Source of the DNA: Callorhinchus milii | Taxonomy: Eukaryota | Direction of reading: 5' to 3' | DNA length: 64,000 bases | NCBI RefSeq assembly: GCF_018977255.1 | Contig: NW_024704742.1 | Location: forward strand, 26,972,001 to 27,036,000 | Shown here: positions 50,535-63,424 of the stretch, in pieces | Layout of the letters: each line of letters starts with the position of its first letter | How positions within the stretch are numbered: position 1 is the first letter of the stretch | The notes under the pieces: generated by a model | What the model was told of the DNA's origin: nothing | Databases searched by the model: none | The model's input: the letters and a program-made list of their open reading frames with translations, nothing else | Made by a program: the position numbers and the translations under genes

Positions 50535-51090
50535 TCCCCACCTCCTCCCTCCATAGGCTGCAGATCATCCAGAACTCTGCAGCCCGTGTCCTCTCCCGCA
50601 CCAGGCTCTGTGACCCTATCACCCTTATCCTCGCCCGACTCTACTAGCTTCCCATGGCACAGAGGATACAGTTCAAAAGATCCTGGTCCTCATCTTCAAA
50701 GTCTCCTATGGCCTTGCTCTGCGACTTCCTAACAACCTGCCCACCCACTCCACTCAGTGGGCTTCTGCTTCACGCCCCCCTCCTTGCTCGCCCCACCATT
50801 GGCGGGCAGGCCTTTAGCCACTCTGCCCCCACCCTCTGGACCTCCATCCCGCAATCCCTCTGCCTTGCCGCCTCCCTCGCCACCTTCAAGACCCGTCTCA
50901 AGACCTTCCTTCGACTGTGCCTTCGATCATCCTCCTTCCACACCCCCACCCCCCCCCCACCCACCCTCCACCCTCCCTGATCCCGACCCAACCCCCAACT
51001 CGGGTCCGAAACACTGATTGTCCAGCACCTTGGGACATCCTCTCGACTTGAAAGGTGCTGTACAAATGTCATTTTGTTGTTGTTGTTATT
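50535..51090 (+). mobile_element. L2 LINE 3' fragment with terminus
   Basis: LQIIQNSAARV.., IGGQAFSHSAPTLWTSIPQSL..FKTRLKTFL, terminal hairpin and (TTG)n. Confidence 0.9.
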
Positions 51091-51134
51091 ATTTCTTTTA
51101 TATTTGGTATCTCCACTTGATCTCGTTTGAAACT

Positions 51135-51478
51135 GGGTTACACAGATCTCGATGACCCTGGGTTCAGTCTATGGGTTGTGTTCAATAAATTGATTGCGGC
51201 GAGGGTATCAGTAGGGCTATGATGGATACAAGTTACCCTGGAACTGGGGAGAGGCGGGGGAGGTGAAAGGAAGAGAACCAGCCAAGCACTCTTGATGACT
51301 ATTCATTGATTTCTGGAAAATTCACACGTGTGTTTATAGAGCAGAGCGAGGAAGGGATCGGATTAAACTGTATCTTCCTTGGCCACCACCCCTCCCCGCC
51401 CACCTTAGCACCTCGCCACAATGCTCTGCTCAGGCTGAGGAATGACCGCTTGGGTGTGAGGAGGCGGCTGGTGTTCAA
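51135..51478 (+). mobile_element. Family 'V' old SINE-like repeat, degraded
   Basis: Patchy similarity to 37640-37945 and 560-912. Confidence 0.45.
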
Positions 51479-51607
51479 AAAGTTGTTTGTCTTTCACACG
51501 TTCTATGATGGAATCACTCTTGTAATCTATGAGCCTCCCCGGGACGGACAGTAACGATTTTTGATTGATAGCTGACACTGAACGCCACTTTTGTGCCCTT
51601 TCCTTAG

Positions 51608-51693
51608 GTCATTCAACCTCCTGGTCCCAACATTCCAAACTGCAGCACAGGAGAAGCTCCTGGTCAAGGCACGAAGACCGAAAACCATCCGAG
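51608..51693 (+). CDS. JADE1: Protein Jade-1, second coding exon (86 nt)
   Basis: (S)[28 protein letters not shown]; acceptor cccttttccttag, donor GTAAGA; phases 1 to 0 fit both neighbours. Confidence 0.95.
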
Positions 51694-51951
51694 GTAAGAT
51701 CGAAATCTTGCACTGGCTCCCCGTGAAAATAAAACAAATCACAGATGTGATGTAACGCCACAGCAATGGTATTAGCATAATCCAACCCTTCAAACCAGTT
51801 TCCCGGCTAAAAGGCCAGGAGACATGCAGGCACTGGTTCCAAGGCAAATTCACTTTACAATATATTCTGTGAAGCACTTTGAGACGTCTCGAAGACGTGA
51901 TTAGGCGCTATATCAAATGCAAGGATTATTATTATTATTAATGGCGCTATT

Positions 51952-52269
51952 GTGGAGTCCTGTAGCTCAGTGGTTAGAGCACTCGCTTTGCAAGCGAGAG
52001 ACCTGAGTTCAATTCCAGGAAGGGCGAAACCTTGGGCAAGTTTCCTTACTCCACACGCCTAATAATAATTCCTCCAAAACCAAAAACAATAATAAATTGG
52101 TCATTTTCAATCTACGACTGTTTGTGGGACATTGCTGTGCGCAATTGGCTGCCGCGTTCGCCCACAAATATACAGTCAATTCACTTTATAGTGTGTTCTG
52201 TGAAGCGCTTTGAGACGTCCTCCCGACGTGAAAAGCGCTATATCAAATGCAAGGATTATTATTATTATT
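51952..52269 (+). mobile_element. Young tRNA-derived SINE, short variant, just downstream of another SINE tail
   Basis: Intact A/B boxes and tail; an older tail lies at 51845-51940. Confidence 0.92.
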
Positions 52270-53284
52270 GTTGATCAACTTCAGTAACTGAGTGTAGGTA
52301 ACACTACTCTTGATCTTAGCTGAAAAGCAGTGGCACTGACCATCAGCAGCAGCCTTGTGGACAGAGTTTAGCTCAGAGGTCTTCTCTGTAGTCTGCGGAA
52401 CACTTTCCTCTGCCCTAAGGTCAGGTGAAGAATGTATGTCAGTGGCCATAAATCAAGAGATATTCAATCAAGAAAAGTTTATTTGGTTGGCCGACCAAAA
52501 TGGTTTGCCACCTCTGGTGTATGCTGAACTACCTTGTGACCTTATTTCCAGTCACCACGTATATGCAGATGCTTTATTCCGATAAAGCCTGTGGTTTTTA
52601 AAAATGNAAAAAATAGGATTGCTCTTTAAAAGAGTCAGCACAGACACAATAGGCCAAATGCCTTCTTCTGTGCTGCACATTTCCACTTGATGCAGTCAAG
52701 TAGAAATGTGGCTTTGGCATTCTATATGATGCAATTTAACCTCAACAGCAATTGGTATTCATCAGTCTGCGTTCTGTGCGGTTCATGATGCTGCCACTTA
52801 ATCTTTTGAAAGAATGCTTTGTGTCCTGTTGATGTCAGGTGGTGTATGTATACACCACTCGTGGGGGAGGAGTGAATACAGCGCCTTGGGATGTTCTCCT
52901 GACATGAAAGGCGCTATGCAATTGTAATTTTGTTGTTGTTGTTGTTATGACCATTCAGTTTATTCTAGTCCGTCCTCTAACAGGACCTAGCACCAACATC
53001 CTCATCAAGTGGATGGTGAAAGATCCCGTCACACCATTTGAAAAACGAAGGGAGTTTCTTCCAGTGTCCTGGCCAACAGTCCTCCTGATTAATTAGTTGT
53101 TCACTTGGTGGCTGTCTGTGAGAGTTTGTTGTCTACAAAACAGCTGCTGCCTGAGCCTACAGAACCAGTCATTACACTTGACGGTAGCTACCTGTGAAGC
53201 AAGGCATTCATTAACTTTTAGGCATTTTGACAGGATGAGATGCAAGAGAAATACATAATGGGATGGCCTCTCAATAGCTTAAGA

Positions 53285-53501
53285 CAGTGGTCCAACTGGC
53301 AGCCCACAGGACGATTTCAAGTGACCTCCCACCACCACCCACTCCATTTCATCTGGCCCACCCGTTTCCTACATAACCCATCAATGTTACATTTTACTTC
53401 TGGAAGGGAAACAAACACAAAAATACTGCTTCTGCAGCCCACAGACATTTCACAAATAACACATTCGGCCCTCAGCAAACAAAAGGTTGGACCACACCTT
53501 G
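53285..53501. mobile_element. hAT MITE, same family as 16830-17087
   Basis: Starts CAGTGGTCCAACTGG, ends cggccctcagc..aaaaggttggaccacaccttg; TSD GCTTAAGA / GCTGAAGA. Confidence 0.7.
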
Positions 53502-53751
53502 GCTGAAGATATAGAGCCTGGGACACATTTGTGCTCCCATCTATAGATCTCTGCGTCAGCAAATGTTGACATATTTATTTCAACGTTTTCTTAAAACAAA
53601 TTCTCCCTCTGGTATAAGTCTTTGGAAATAACACAAAAAAGGGGTATCTGGGTCTTCTGTTAGTGGTGACTCGCATGTTGGCAGTAATTTAACGAAGTAG
53701 TACTTTTAAAGAGTTTGGAGAGGTTGAGTCAGGAAGATGGAAATATAAGAT

Positions 53752-54070
53752 GGAACATTGGAATAGGAAGTGGCCATTCAGCCAGTCAGACCTGCTATGC
53801 CGTTTTATTAGATGATAGACAGATCTTTTAATCCCATCTTCTCACGTTTTCCCCAAATTCCCCTTCAAATCCTTTATCTCCCAAATACCTGCCCCCCTTT
53901 TACAACCAGATAATCTTTGCTTTTTTGGTAAAGTGGCTTTCACGTCAGATAGCATTCTGGGGTAGTGCATTCCACATTTTCACCATCTTCTTCATTGCAA
54001 AGAGAGCTCTATAGCAAGTCATTAAACTGGTTTGGGCTGGACTTCCCTCTAATTTCCAACTTTTGAGTCC
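53752..54070 (-). mobile_element. CR1-like LINE 3' fragment
   Basis: ataggaagtggccattcagcc terminus; ORF 53945..54130 ends VKMWNALPQ. Confidence 0.6.
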
Positions 54071-55416
54071 TAACAAGTTAGATTTTCGAGACGTTAGGCA
54101 AAGTGTTCTGGAGAGAAATGGAGCCAACAAAGCCTCGAGATATGAAAGTGCCTATCTCCGCTGCTACAACATTGCAAGGTCTCACCGCTACACTTGTGCA
54201 AGCTTAATATTTAATGAAAGCAGTTACGAGTGCAATTTATTCCACACTTTGGTCAAAGCTCCACAGCTACTATGGCACAAATTCAATATTCACTGGCTTT
54301 CCCTCAAATAACTGCTGTATGGAATGCAGGAATATTACCTATTACCTACTAAATTGATATATTTTGAAAGGTAGTTTTGCATTGTTTGTATGATATTAAT
54401 GTTATTGTGCCAGAATGAAAGATGAAATAGTGCAGTCAGAGAAGTAAATGGATTAAATCGGTCTCTTGTTTGAATTACGGGAGCCCTTGCACAATGCATC
54501 CAGTGGTGAGTGAGAGCCTGTGAATTGATTGACCATTCTGAGACACTACCCCCCGTGAAGGACACTGTATAAATGCAAGTTGTTGTTGATCTAACTGCTG
54601 TAACTGTTTGCGACTCATCTGGGATTAATACTGTTGCAGCACTGTTGTACCCTTTAACTCGTTCTTTGTGTTAATTAGCACAAGAAACTGTTACTGAATC
54701 CACGACTGTTTGTGGACACTACTGTGGTGGCTGCGTTTCGACCACAAAATACACAAGTCAATTCACTTTACAGTATATCCATGAAGCGCTTTGAGACTTC
54801 TCAATGACGTAATAAGCTGCTATATCAAATGCAAAGATTATTATTTTTACCTGTGAATTTGTTTCTTTAGTAGCTCTGCCGTAAGCAGTCTCTTGCACTT
54901 TCCTCAGTGCTAAGTGTGCCACTTCCTCCTGATCCATACAGTCGCTCCTCCAGACGAGCTGCTTATTTACACTCCTCGTATGGAGCTCTGCATTGAAGGA
55001 TGATACATTAAATCAGGCCAAGGTGGACGTTAAAGATCCATTGGCACTATTCAAAAAAGAGGAGGGAGTTTCTCCAGGTGTCGGGGCCAACAATCCCCCA
55101 AGTAAATTCCATGGATATTTGTGGGACACTACTGTGTATAAATTGGCTGCTGCATTTCGCCCACAAAATACAGTCAATCCACTTAACAGGATATCCTGTG
55201 GAGCGTTTTGAGACGATTTGACGACGTGATAAGGCACTCTACCAAATGCAAGGATTATTATTATTATCATTATTATTATTATAATTATTAAATGCATCGT
55301 GATCACAAGTGTTGCCGTTTGGCACATGATAGATCTCCCTCTCAGTGCATAATATTTTCTTCTGCTTGACCATATTTTTTGAACCAGCAGCTCAAATCCC
55401 TGTCTCTGGTTAATAG

Positions 55417-55574
55417 GTGTACAGAACGGACCTCATAACTGCAATGAAGCTGCATGACGCGCATCAGCTGGACGAAGAGGATTATTATATTCTGGCTGAT
55501 TCGTGGAGACAGGAATGGGAGAAGGGAGTTCAGGTGCCAGTCAGTCCGGAGTCTGTCCCACATGCATCAGTCAG
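55417..55574 (+). CDS. JADE1: Protein Jade-1, third coding exon (158 nt), start of the EPL1/EPC-like domain
   Basis: [52 protein letters not shown](R), the JADE-family signature; AG/GT boundaries, phases 0 to 2. Confidence 0.97.
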
Positions 55575-56200
55575 GTCGGTTGTGGTTTTTTTTTAACTGC
55601 AGNTTTTTGAACTGCAGTTGGTTTAGCTTGTGTTATTTAAACCCAGTATTACCTTTCCATCAGTAACCTGCCAACGCATTACATAACTCCAAAGGACAGC
55701 GCTTACCAATGGTTTTACAGAGTGTCGCACCGTGACCTTGAACTCTGTTAACCTAAACTATTGGTGCTCGCTGGTGTATTTGCTTAAGGATCCACTGCTT
55801 TTCATTCTAACCGGGTGTTCAGTATTTGGCTAGCAATCCAACCCCTGCTCCTCTGTCTGTTACACTTCCTGTGTTCAGTTGCCAAGACTCTGTAGATCAC
55901 TTTGGTTATTATCCCACTAATTATGCTGACCTTTTCTCTCACATCTGCATTAAAAATGCAAACGTTCAATGATGCACGTGCAGATTTTCTCAAAATAATA
56001 ATTTAAATAATAAAAATTACAGGTTTTTTTAAGTCTTTAATTATTTCACCACCTCTTCTGAAGAAACTCGTTCATGTTGCTCATATCTCTAGGGGCCGCA
56101 GGAAGTCTCCATCACCCAAGTGACCAGTCTTTATGTAAAAACTGAGGCAGAGAATATTGGCAGGTGCTCTCAACAATGCCTAATCTTGTCTTTACCTTTT

Positions 56201-56631
56201 GTCAGCCTAGCACAGTGGTAGCACTCTTGCCTCTCAGTCAGAAGGTTGTGGGTTCAAGCCCCATGTCAGGACTGACTAAATCACATCATCAAAGATGACA
56301 CTCCAATGCAGTGCTGCATTGTTGCAGGTGCCATCCTTTGGATGAGATGTTAAACCGAAGTCCCATCTGCCACTTCAGGTTGATGTTAAAGATCCCCTGG
56401 CGCTATTCAAAAAGAGAAAAGAGTTTCTCCTGGTGTCTTAGCCAAAAATCCCCCTAAATAAAATTGGTCACTCACTCCATGGCTATTTGTGGGACACTGC
56501 TGTACACAATTTGCTGCCGCGTTTTGCCCACAAAATATACATTCCATCCACTTTACAGTATATTCTGTGAAGTGTTTTGAGACATCTCAAAGACATGATA
56601 AGGTGTTATGTCAAATGCAAAGGTTATTATT
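56201..56631 (+). mobile_element. Full-length Deu-domain-like tRNA SINE
   Basis: Head gcacagtggtagcac..gggttcaagcc, core gatgagatgttaaaccg..ttcaggttgatgttaaagatccc..tggtgtc, L2-like tail shared with the other SINEs. Confidence 0.85.
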
Positions 56632-57614
56632 GCCCGTGCGCACACACATTTTCCAACGGAAGTCAGTTAGAGAGCAATCAGAACTGGAAACCTCAGCATT
56701 TTGTTGGTTTTACTCTCCCCCCCACCCACTCGAGTGAGTTTGAGGCCATTGTTGTGTTAGATGAGATCAGCTAAATCAGCACAAACCAACATAGGCTGGG
56801 ATCTTCCTGGTTTGGATTGCTGTATCAGAAGTTGGACAGTATCTTCATTAGCCATCAAGGGAGCAATTTCCAGACAATATTTAGTACAACTAGCAGGAGG
56901 AAAATTCCAGGTAAGGATGAGTTGAAACCTCCAAGCTGGAGGGTAGGATTTTTATGGCAGGTGTCATAATTTTATTAGGATTTTATAGGCAGGTCTCTAG
57001 TTTCTCAATCAGTGAACCTCCTGTAGTCACTCGGAGGTGCTATCAACAGTAGGGCTTACTGACTGCAAATGCTTGGAGCGGAGCACAAGGGATTTGATTG
57101 TCAATTTACAATCCCTCCCCTTTCACTGTCCCCATTCTTCCCCTGATATTGAGTTAATTAGTAAATATTGTGGACCCACCAACTATTCCCATGGGATGCT
57201 CTGGGTCCCATCTGCTCTCTTTGGAATTTCTACTATTAGTAATCACCCTCTCTTTCAAGCAACTTAATGATCTAGTTTACAGCTTCCTCCTCGGTCCAAT
57301 TAACTTCCACTTTAGCTGCGAGTTTTTGTGCAGGACCTTACCAGATGCTGTCTGAAAGTGCAGATGTACGATATCGTATTCCCTGAATCCACTAACTCTG
57401 CTCCCTCTGCTGAGACACCCAATAAATCTGATTAGTACCACCTGACTTTCATAAAGCAGTGTTGGTTTGAATTCTTACCGATGCTGTCACTGTTGCTGGT
57501 ACCTCTCTGGATTTACAGCCTATGCTGTCTTGAATTGCTTCCTTTATAATAGACTCCAAATTGTTCCCAGGATAAAGACTTTCTAAAACTTGCTTGACTT
57601 TCTAATCCTTCCTT

Positions 57615-58020
57615 TGGAGTCTGCTGCGTATTGGTTGGAGCACTCGACTCGCAAGTGAGAGGACCTGAGATTGATTCCCGGGCAAGGAAAATTGTAGGCA
57701 AGTTTCACCTGGGTTCAATTCCTATAGGGCAAAACTGTTTCCTTACTCCACAAGCCTCTGTTTATCTAGCAGTAAGTAGGAACCCGGTTGTTAGTCGATT
57801 GGCAGATTGCTTTTCCTGGAGTAATAATCCCTTTTTTAAAAAAAATATGGTCACTCAATCCACGACTGTTTATGGGACACTGCTGTATTCAATTGGCTGC
57901 CGTGTTTCGTCCACAAAGTATACAGTGAATTCACTTTACAGTATATTCTGTGAAGCACTTTGAGACATATTTATGACTTGGTGTAGATGCTCCTACATCA
58001 AATGCAAGTATTACTATTAT
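57615..58020 (+). mobile_element. tRNA-derived SINE, long variant, with partly duplicated head
   Basis: Two B-box-like segments (gattgattccc, gggttcaattcc), core, tail. Confidence 0.8.
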
Positions 58021-58935
58021 AAACTTTTCCCCATCTTCACTTCTGCACATTATCATTCTTCTTACAGGAAACATTTTTAAAAAATGTTTTGTGTAAGAAA
58101 AAGCCATTAAAAAAATGTTTTGCTTTAACCTCCCAATTTCAGCGATTTTTTTTTTAAAATACTGGAATTCGACAACAACAAAATTACATTTGTGTAGTGG
58201 CCCAAAGGGCTGGATGAACAGTTAACAAAGAATTAACAATCTTAATTCATTGTTAATCTCCAGTTTCTGTTGCACTCGCCTTATTCGTGCCCTCTCCAGT
58301 GTCTTTCTGAAAGAATGCCATTTCTGTTTAAATGTACTCTCCCAGCATTTCCCTATGTATTGTCCTTTGTTCGCTTACTGCTTTCAAATCAGTTCTCTGG
58401 AGCTTTGACACATCTTAAAAAAAGATGCTTTTCAAGATAGTAACACAATATCAACCTACATGTGGTATTGTGATCTCTGGTAGTCAATTGTTCTCTCAAA
58501 CCTTCAAATGTTTCATTGGCTTTGATTCCCCATTAAATATTCTTTTAATGTGCTCTTTCCTGGCTTTCTTTATTTTAAAATACTGTGTCAACATCACAGT
58601 CCTAATAATAGCTCTGTAAATATTCCTTGTTCTAAGATCCCTGCTGTTGTTATGTTCTTAAGTTGCCGTCTGCCTTTTTAGGTGGACATTAAAGATCCCA
58701 TCATAAACAAGAGTTTTCTCCTGGTGTCCTGGACGTTAAATTGGTTATCCATTTAACAGTTGTCTGTGGGATGTCGCTGTGTGCAAAGTGGCTCCTGTGT
58801 TTGCTTGTGGAATGCACAGTCACTACACTTTGCAGCAGTTGTTTGTGAAGTGCTTCAAGATATTCTCACATGATAGGGGTGGTATGAAATGTGAGGATAA
58901 TTATTATAGAATGTAATCCTTTTCATGATCAATAA

Positions 58936-59289
58936 TGGAGTCCTGTGGTGTATTGGTTAGAGCACTCGCCTCATAAACGAGAGGACCTGAGTTCAATTCC
59001 CAGGCAGGGCGAAACCTTAGGCAAGTTTTGTTACTCCAGACGCCTCTATTTACCTAGCAGTAAGGAGGAACCCGGTTGTTAGTTGATTGGCGGATTGCTT
59101 TTCCGGGGGCAATAATCCCTTCAAATTGTTTTTAAAAAAAATTTGGGTCAGTCAGTCCAAGACCGTTGTTGAGTTCTACCCACAAAATATGGAGTCAATT
59201 CACTTTACAGGATTTCCTGTGAAGCCCTTTGAGACGTTTCAAAGACGTGATAAGGCGCTATATTAAATTCAAAGATTATCATTATTATT
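58936..59289 (+). mobile_element. tRNA-derived SINE, long variant
   Basis: Head, core and tail present. Confidence 0.85.
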
Positions 59290-60247
59290 TGATTCAGTTT
59301 AATTATAGTAGCCCATAATTAGTACTGAAGAACCCTCTTATAGCACATTTTTGGGGATATCCCACCCAAATCCCAAACTGTAACAGAACGCATTCATACG
59401 TGGCAGGTAAAAATATTCTGGTGGTGGGGGGGAAGTAAAACTCAGTTACAGTGTCCCCTTGTGACCCAGAAGGACCTATGTCTAACTTGCTACTCCGGAT
59501 AACTCGTCACTGAGCTCTTTTCGCTTGGAGTGAATTATCAGGAGTTTAATGTATATGCTCCCCTTGACGATATCATCCACAGACAATTCCAGCATTTTTA
59601 TTGTTAAATTTTTAATATTTTTTTAAAAATCAAACCTCAGCGGAGTGGCTAATGGCCGGTGACGGGCAATCCAGACTTGCTTCTTTTAGGTAAGATGAAA
59701 AGATTGAACGATTGGCCAATCTCCAGAGCTGTGTGTTACGTATTCAAATTAATTGCGGTGCTGATTTGGTGAATTGGATCTTTGGTTCTAATCAAACTCA
59801 CATCGTTTGCCGCTCAGTCTCAGAGGTGAATACAGGGAGGAAAGAGGGTGCAGAAGGATTGAGAGATCAACAGAGTCAAAGGTGACAGAGAGATTGAAGA
59901 GAACCAATCCAGAATCTCTGACACCCTCCCTCCATCCTTGCCCCACCCCTTCCTTCCCCATCACCTCCCCTCTCCCTTCGGCTCGGTGTCGTGCTCCACC
60001 AATGTCAAGCGCTCTGGGACGCTACTCTCCACGAGGGATGCTACATAAATGCAGATTGTTGTTGTTGTTAAGGAGGCAGAGGGAGTCCTGGATGCAAGGC
60101 TGAGATGATGTTGTTAGTGACTTTGATCAGGGCATCTCAGTGTGTGGGTGGGGAGGAAGCTGAAATGGAGTGAATCGGACAGTTTCAGGCACAAGCAGAA
60201 AATGTTTTTTTATAGATTCCCATTCCAATTTCTCACAGGATTTCTTT

Positions 60248-60887
60248 AATAATAACAATAATAATAATAATCCTGCATTTGATATAACGCTATTCACGTC
60301 TTCTATACGTCTCGAAGCGCTTCACAGAACAGACTGTAAAGTGAATTGACCGTATATTTGTGGGCGGCAGCCATTTGCGCACAGCGGTGTCCCACAAACA
60401 GTTGTGGATTGAAGTGACCAACTTTATTTTGGGGGATCTTTGGCCAGGACACCGGGAAAAACTCCTTTCTCTTTTTGAATAGTGCCATGGGATCTTTAAC
60501 ATTCACCTGAACAGGCAGGTGGGACCTCGGTTTAACATCTCATCCGAAGGACGGTACCTGCAACAGTGCAGCACAACCCCAGCACTGCATTGGAGTGTTA
60601 GCTTAGATGATGTGATTTAGTCAGTCCTGTCATGTGGTTTAAACCCACAACCTTCTAACTGAGAGGCATGGATTGAGTGACCAAATTATTATTGTTTTTT
60701 TCTAAGGATTATTATCCTCAGAAAAGCGATACACCAATCGACTAACAACTGGGTTCCTACTTACTGCTAGGTAAACCGAGGTGTGTGGAGTAAGGAAACT
60801 TGCTCAACATTTCGCCCTGCTGGGAATCAAACCCAGATCTCTCGCTTGTGAAGCGAGTGCACTAACCACTGAGCTACAGGACTCCAC
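60248..60887 (-). mobile_element. Composite SINE: long-variant head and core joined to a Deu-type SINE
   Basis: 60669-60887 is long-variant head + core; 60248-60668 is Deu SINE body + tail. Confidence 0.85.
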
Positions 60888-61898
60888 ATGTCAATGTATC
60901 CATCTCTAACATTAACAACAAATTGCATTTATATAGCTCCTTTGGCATTGGGAAAACAACTTACGTTGTTGGATTTTCAAATGTTTTCACCCGAACTTAC
61001 GGGTTGGATTCAGAGAAGTGCTGGGGGGGGAGATGACCGATGACATGGTCAAGAGAGGAAGGTCTTAGAACGGACATTGAAGGAGGCGAGGAAAGGGGTG
61101 AGGAGAAGGGACTCCGGGATGGACTTCCAGTGAGTAGGGGCAGATGGGCTTAAATCCCAATCGCCGATGGTGGAGCAGACAGGACTCACTTCACAGAGAT
61201 TTCTGTAAGGTGTATGACTGTTTTTCTCGGGAGGACACTGCAGCCAATTTGTACACAGCAGTATCCCACAAACAGCCATGATCAGTATTTATTTTCTCGG
61301 GGTTGGGGGGGAAGGGGGAAGGCATACAATGCTAAATTCTAAAAGCCTTTTGGAGCCTGGATTATTATTACAGTATTAATAAATGCGATGACCCTGAATT
61401 TTTTAATAGCCGGAACTTGTCTCGTATTTTTTTGTAGGCACAGCAGGCTGTGTATTACTCTGTGTAAACTACTGATTTAAGCACCATCTCTTTTGAAAGC
61501 CAGAAAAAAGTAAAGGGCAAACATCACTCACCCACAGGGACACTTGTAGTTTATCATTATGAACACCAGAGTGGAAACTTCAAAAGCAACTTATCAGCCA
61601 GATGTTGGCTCCTGTTGTGTTTTTTTTTGGCCCGATTGCCTTTGGTGATGTTTCCAGAATTTAAAATAGCACCGTACATTTCAACATGTCACAGAAACAA
61701 TGCTACAGGACTGGTGATGTGTTTGGGACTCATTTAACGTACTAAGAAAAGCAATTTGGGCATTTTTACGCTTTGCTTTCATTTGCCCTTTACAAACAAA
61801 AATACAGGAGAGAATAGTTTAGTGTTCGGACTATATTTATTGCAGTTTCAAGAGAGAATTGAAAAACATTGTTCAGGGTGTAGGAATTGATGAGGATT

Positions 61899-62307
61899 GC
61901 AGTCACTAGGGGCAGGGAATCCTTCCTCTCAACTCCTGTTAACCCTATAAGCCAAAGCCCTAATGGGTTGGGTGATCCTAGCTGGACAAGTGGTGGGAAA
62001 GCTTGCCAGACGGCAATATCAATGGCAAGCTATACGGTTTTAGCTGGTTAAACTCCAGCAGTATCCCAACGAACACTCTGGGGTCCCCAAGCCTTGGCTC
62101 TGGCCAACCTGAGCCTAATACTTTCCGGAAAATTAGGTAAGCAGAATGCGTCCCTCCAGGGAGAGAGTGCACATTCCATTCCAACAATCTTATCTGTGGA
62201 ATTTCTATGCGTTGGTGGGATGCGTGGAAATCTGAGCTTGGTTTAGATACTCTTAAGCACGGTGATAGGTTTCCGCATGCGCCAGGCGCCTGGTTGACCA
62301 GAACAAA
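61899..62307 (+). mobile_element. Family 'U' repeat copy
   Basis: Colinear similarity to 9063-9444 and 29505-29896. Confidence 0.8.
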
Positions 62308-62477
62308 GTACAGGAGATAAAGAGAGTTGGTATATGAAAATGGTACCAGTCAATGCACTGCAATGATCCTTCCTCGTCCTGGGCATTCCTATATTGCTAA
62401 ATGCAGGAGACTGTGATCATTACCTCGGCTGTGAATAGTACACACATTCACGCTCTCGGGTCTCTTTATCCTTGTAG

Positions 62478-62668
62478 ATTTATGGATGAGACGGACAAAG
62501 GTGTAGTGTTTGTCAGACCCAGGAAGTATATCCACTCTTCGGGATCGGAACCTCCGGAGCTGGGATACGTAGACATCCGTACTCTGGCAGACAACGTGTG
62601 TCGTTATGACCTGGATGATATGGACGTAGCCTGGCTCGATCTGCTGAACGAAGAATTGAAGCTAATGG
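62478..62668 (+). CDS. JADE1: Protein Jade-1, fourth coding exon (191 nt); gene continues past the window
   Basis: (R)[63 protein letters not shown](G); [19 protein letters not shown] matches recalled JADE1; acceptor tctctttatccttgtag, donor GTATGT. Confidence 0.97.
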
Positions 62669-63260
62669 GTATGTTTGCACTGAAGGTGAATGAGAATTCT
62701 CACACCACTAGCTGGATTTTAGGAAAGTTCCTTCGCTTGAAGGCAGGAGAGAGTCTTGTCCCGTTGATTTAATTGAAATCCAGAGTAAGCAAGTGAGTGA
62801 TGTGGCATTATCCTCGGTGGATGGATGAATGAATATCTTGAGTGCCTTTTTGAACGTGCCTTGCCGATGTGACGTTTTTATGGTTGGGAATTTGCTGTTT
62901 TAATTATTGCACCGCCACGTTGGCATAAAGTGCGGAGTGCACAGCAGCTGTGATTGAGAGACTTGGTGAGTAAGATTTCCCAATTAGTCGAGCATCAGGA
63001 GCAATTATGTGCTGCCAATGCATTTTTGGGACTGAGAGATTCAAAGTCATTTTGCTGATGGCAAAGAAGGGAAAGAAGACGGAAGCACAGCTCTTCAGCT
63101 CCTGTCAGCGGCATTGGGAAGGGCACCATTTAGAGAAAGTCAAGATTGTGTTCCTGCTCTTTCTCTCAGGAACAATATGTGATGGTTTAATATGTGAATA
63201 TAATATGTGTTTAATATAATATGTGATGGAATAATACGTGAAGGCGAGTGGCTCATTATA

Positions 63261-63424
63261 CAGTAAATCTCACATAAGTCGTATCAGTTGGGACCATGCA
63301 TTTAATATGACTTGTGCAAAGTATGAGTTATGTCAAACTTGCATGGAATATAAACTCTTGAATGGGCTTGGGCAGATGTACAACTTAGGCAAATTTATAC
63401 AGATCAGACTTGTGCAAATTTTAC
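63261..63424. mobile_element. Tigger/pogo-like MITE, second copy
   Basis: TA-CAGTAAATCTCACATAAGTC start; internal tatcagttgggac..catttaatatgact..tgagttatgt shared with 35391-35552. Confidence 0.75.

Noticed and set aside
43504..62668. Assignment to JADE2 or JADE3
   Set aside because: MKRGRLPSSS start and [19 protein letters not shown] match recalled JADE1, not the paralogues; reciprocal BLAST would confirm.
62401..62772. 123-aa standalone ORF
   Set aside because: Only 62478-62668 is the JADE1 exon; the rest is intron read-through.
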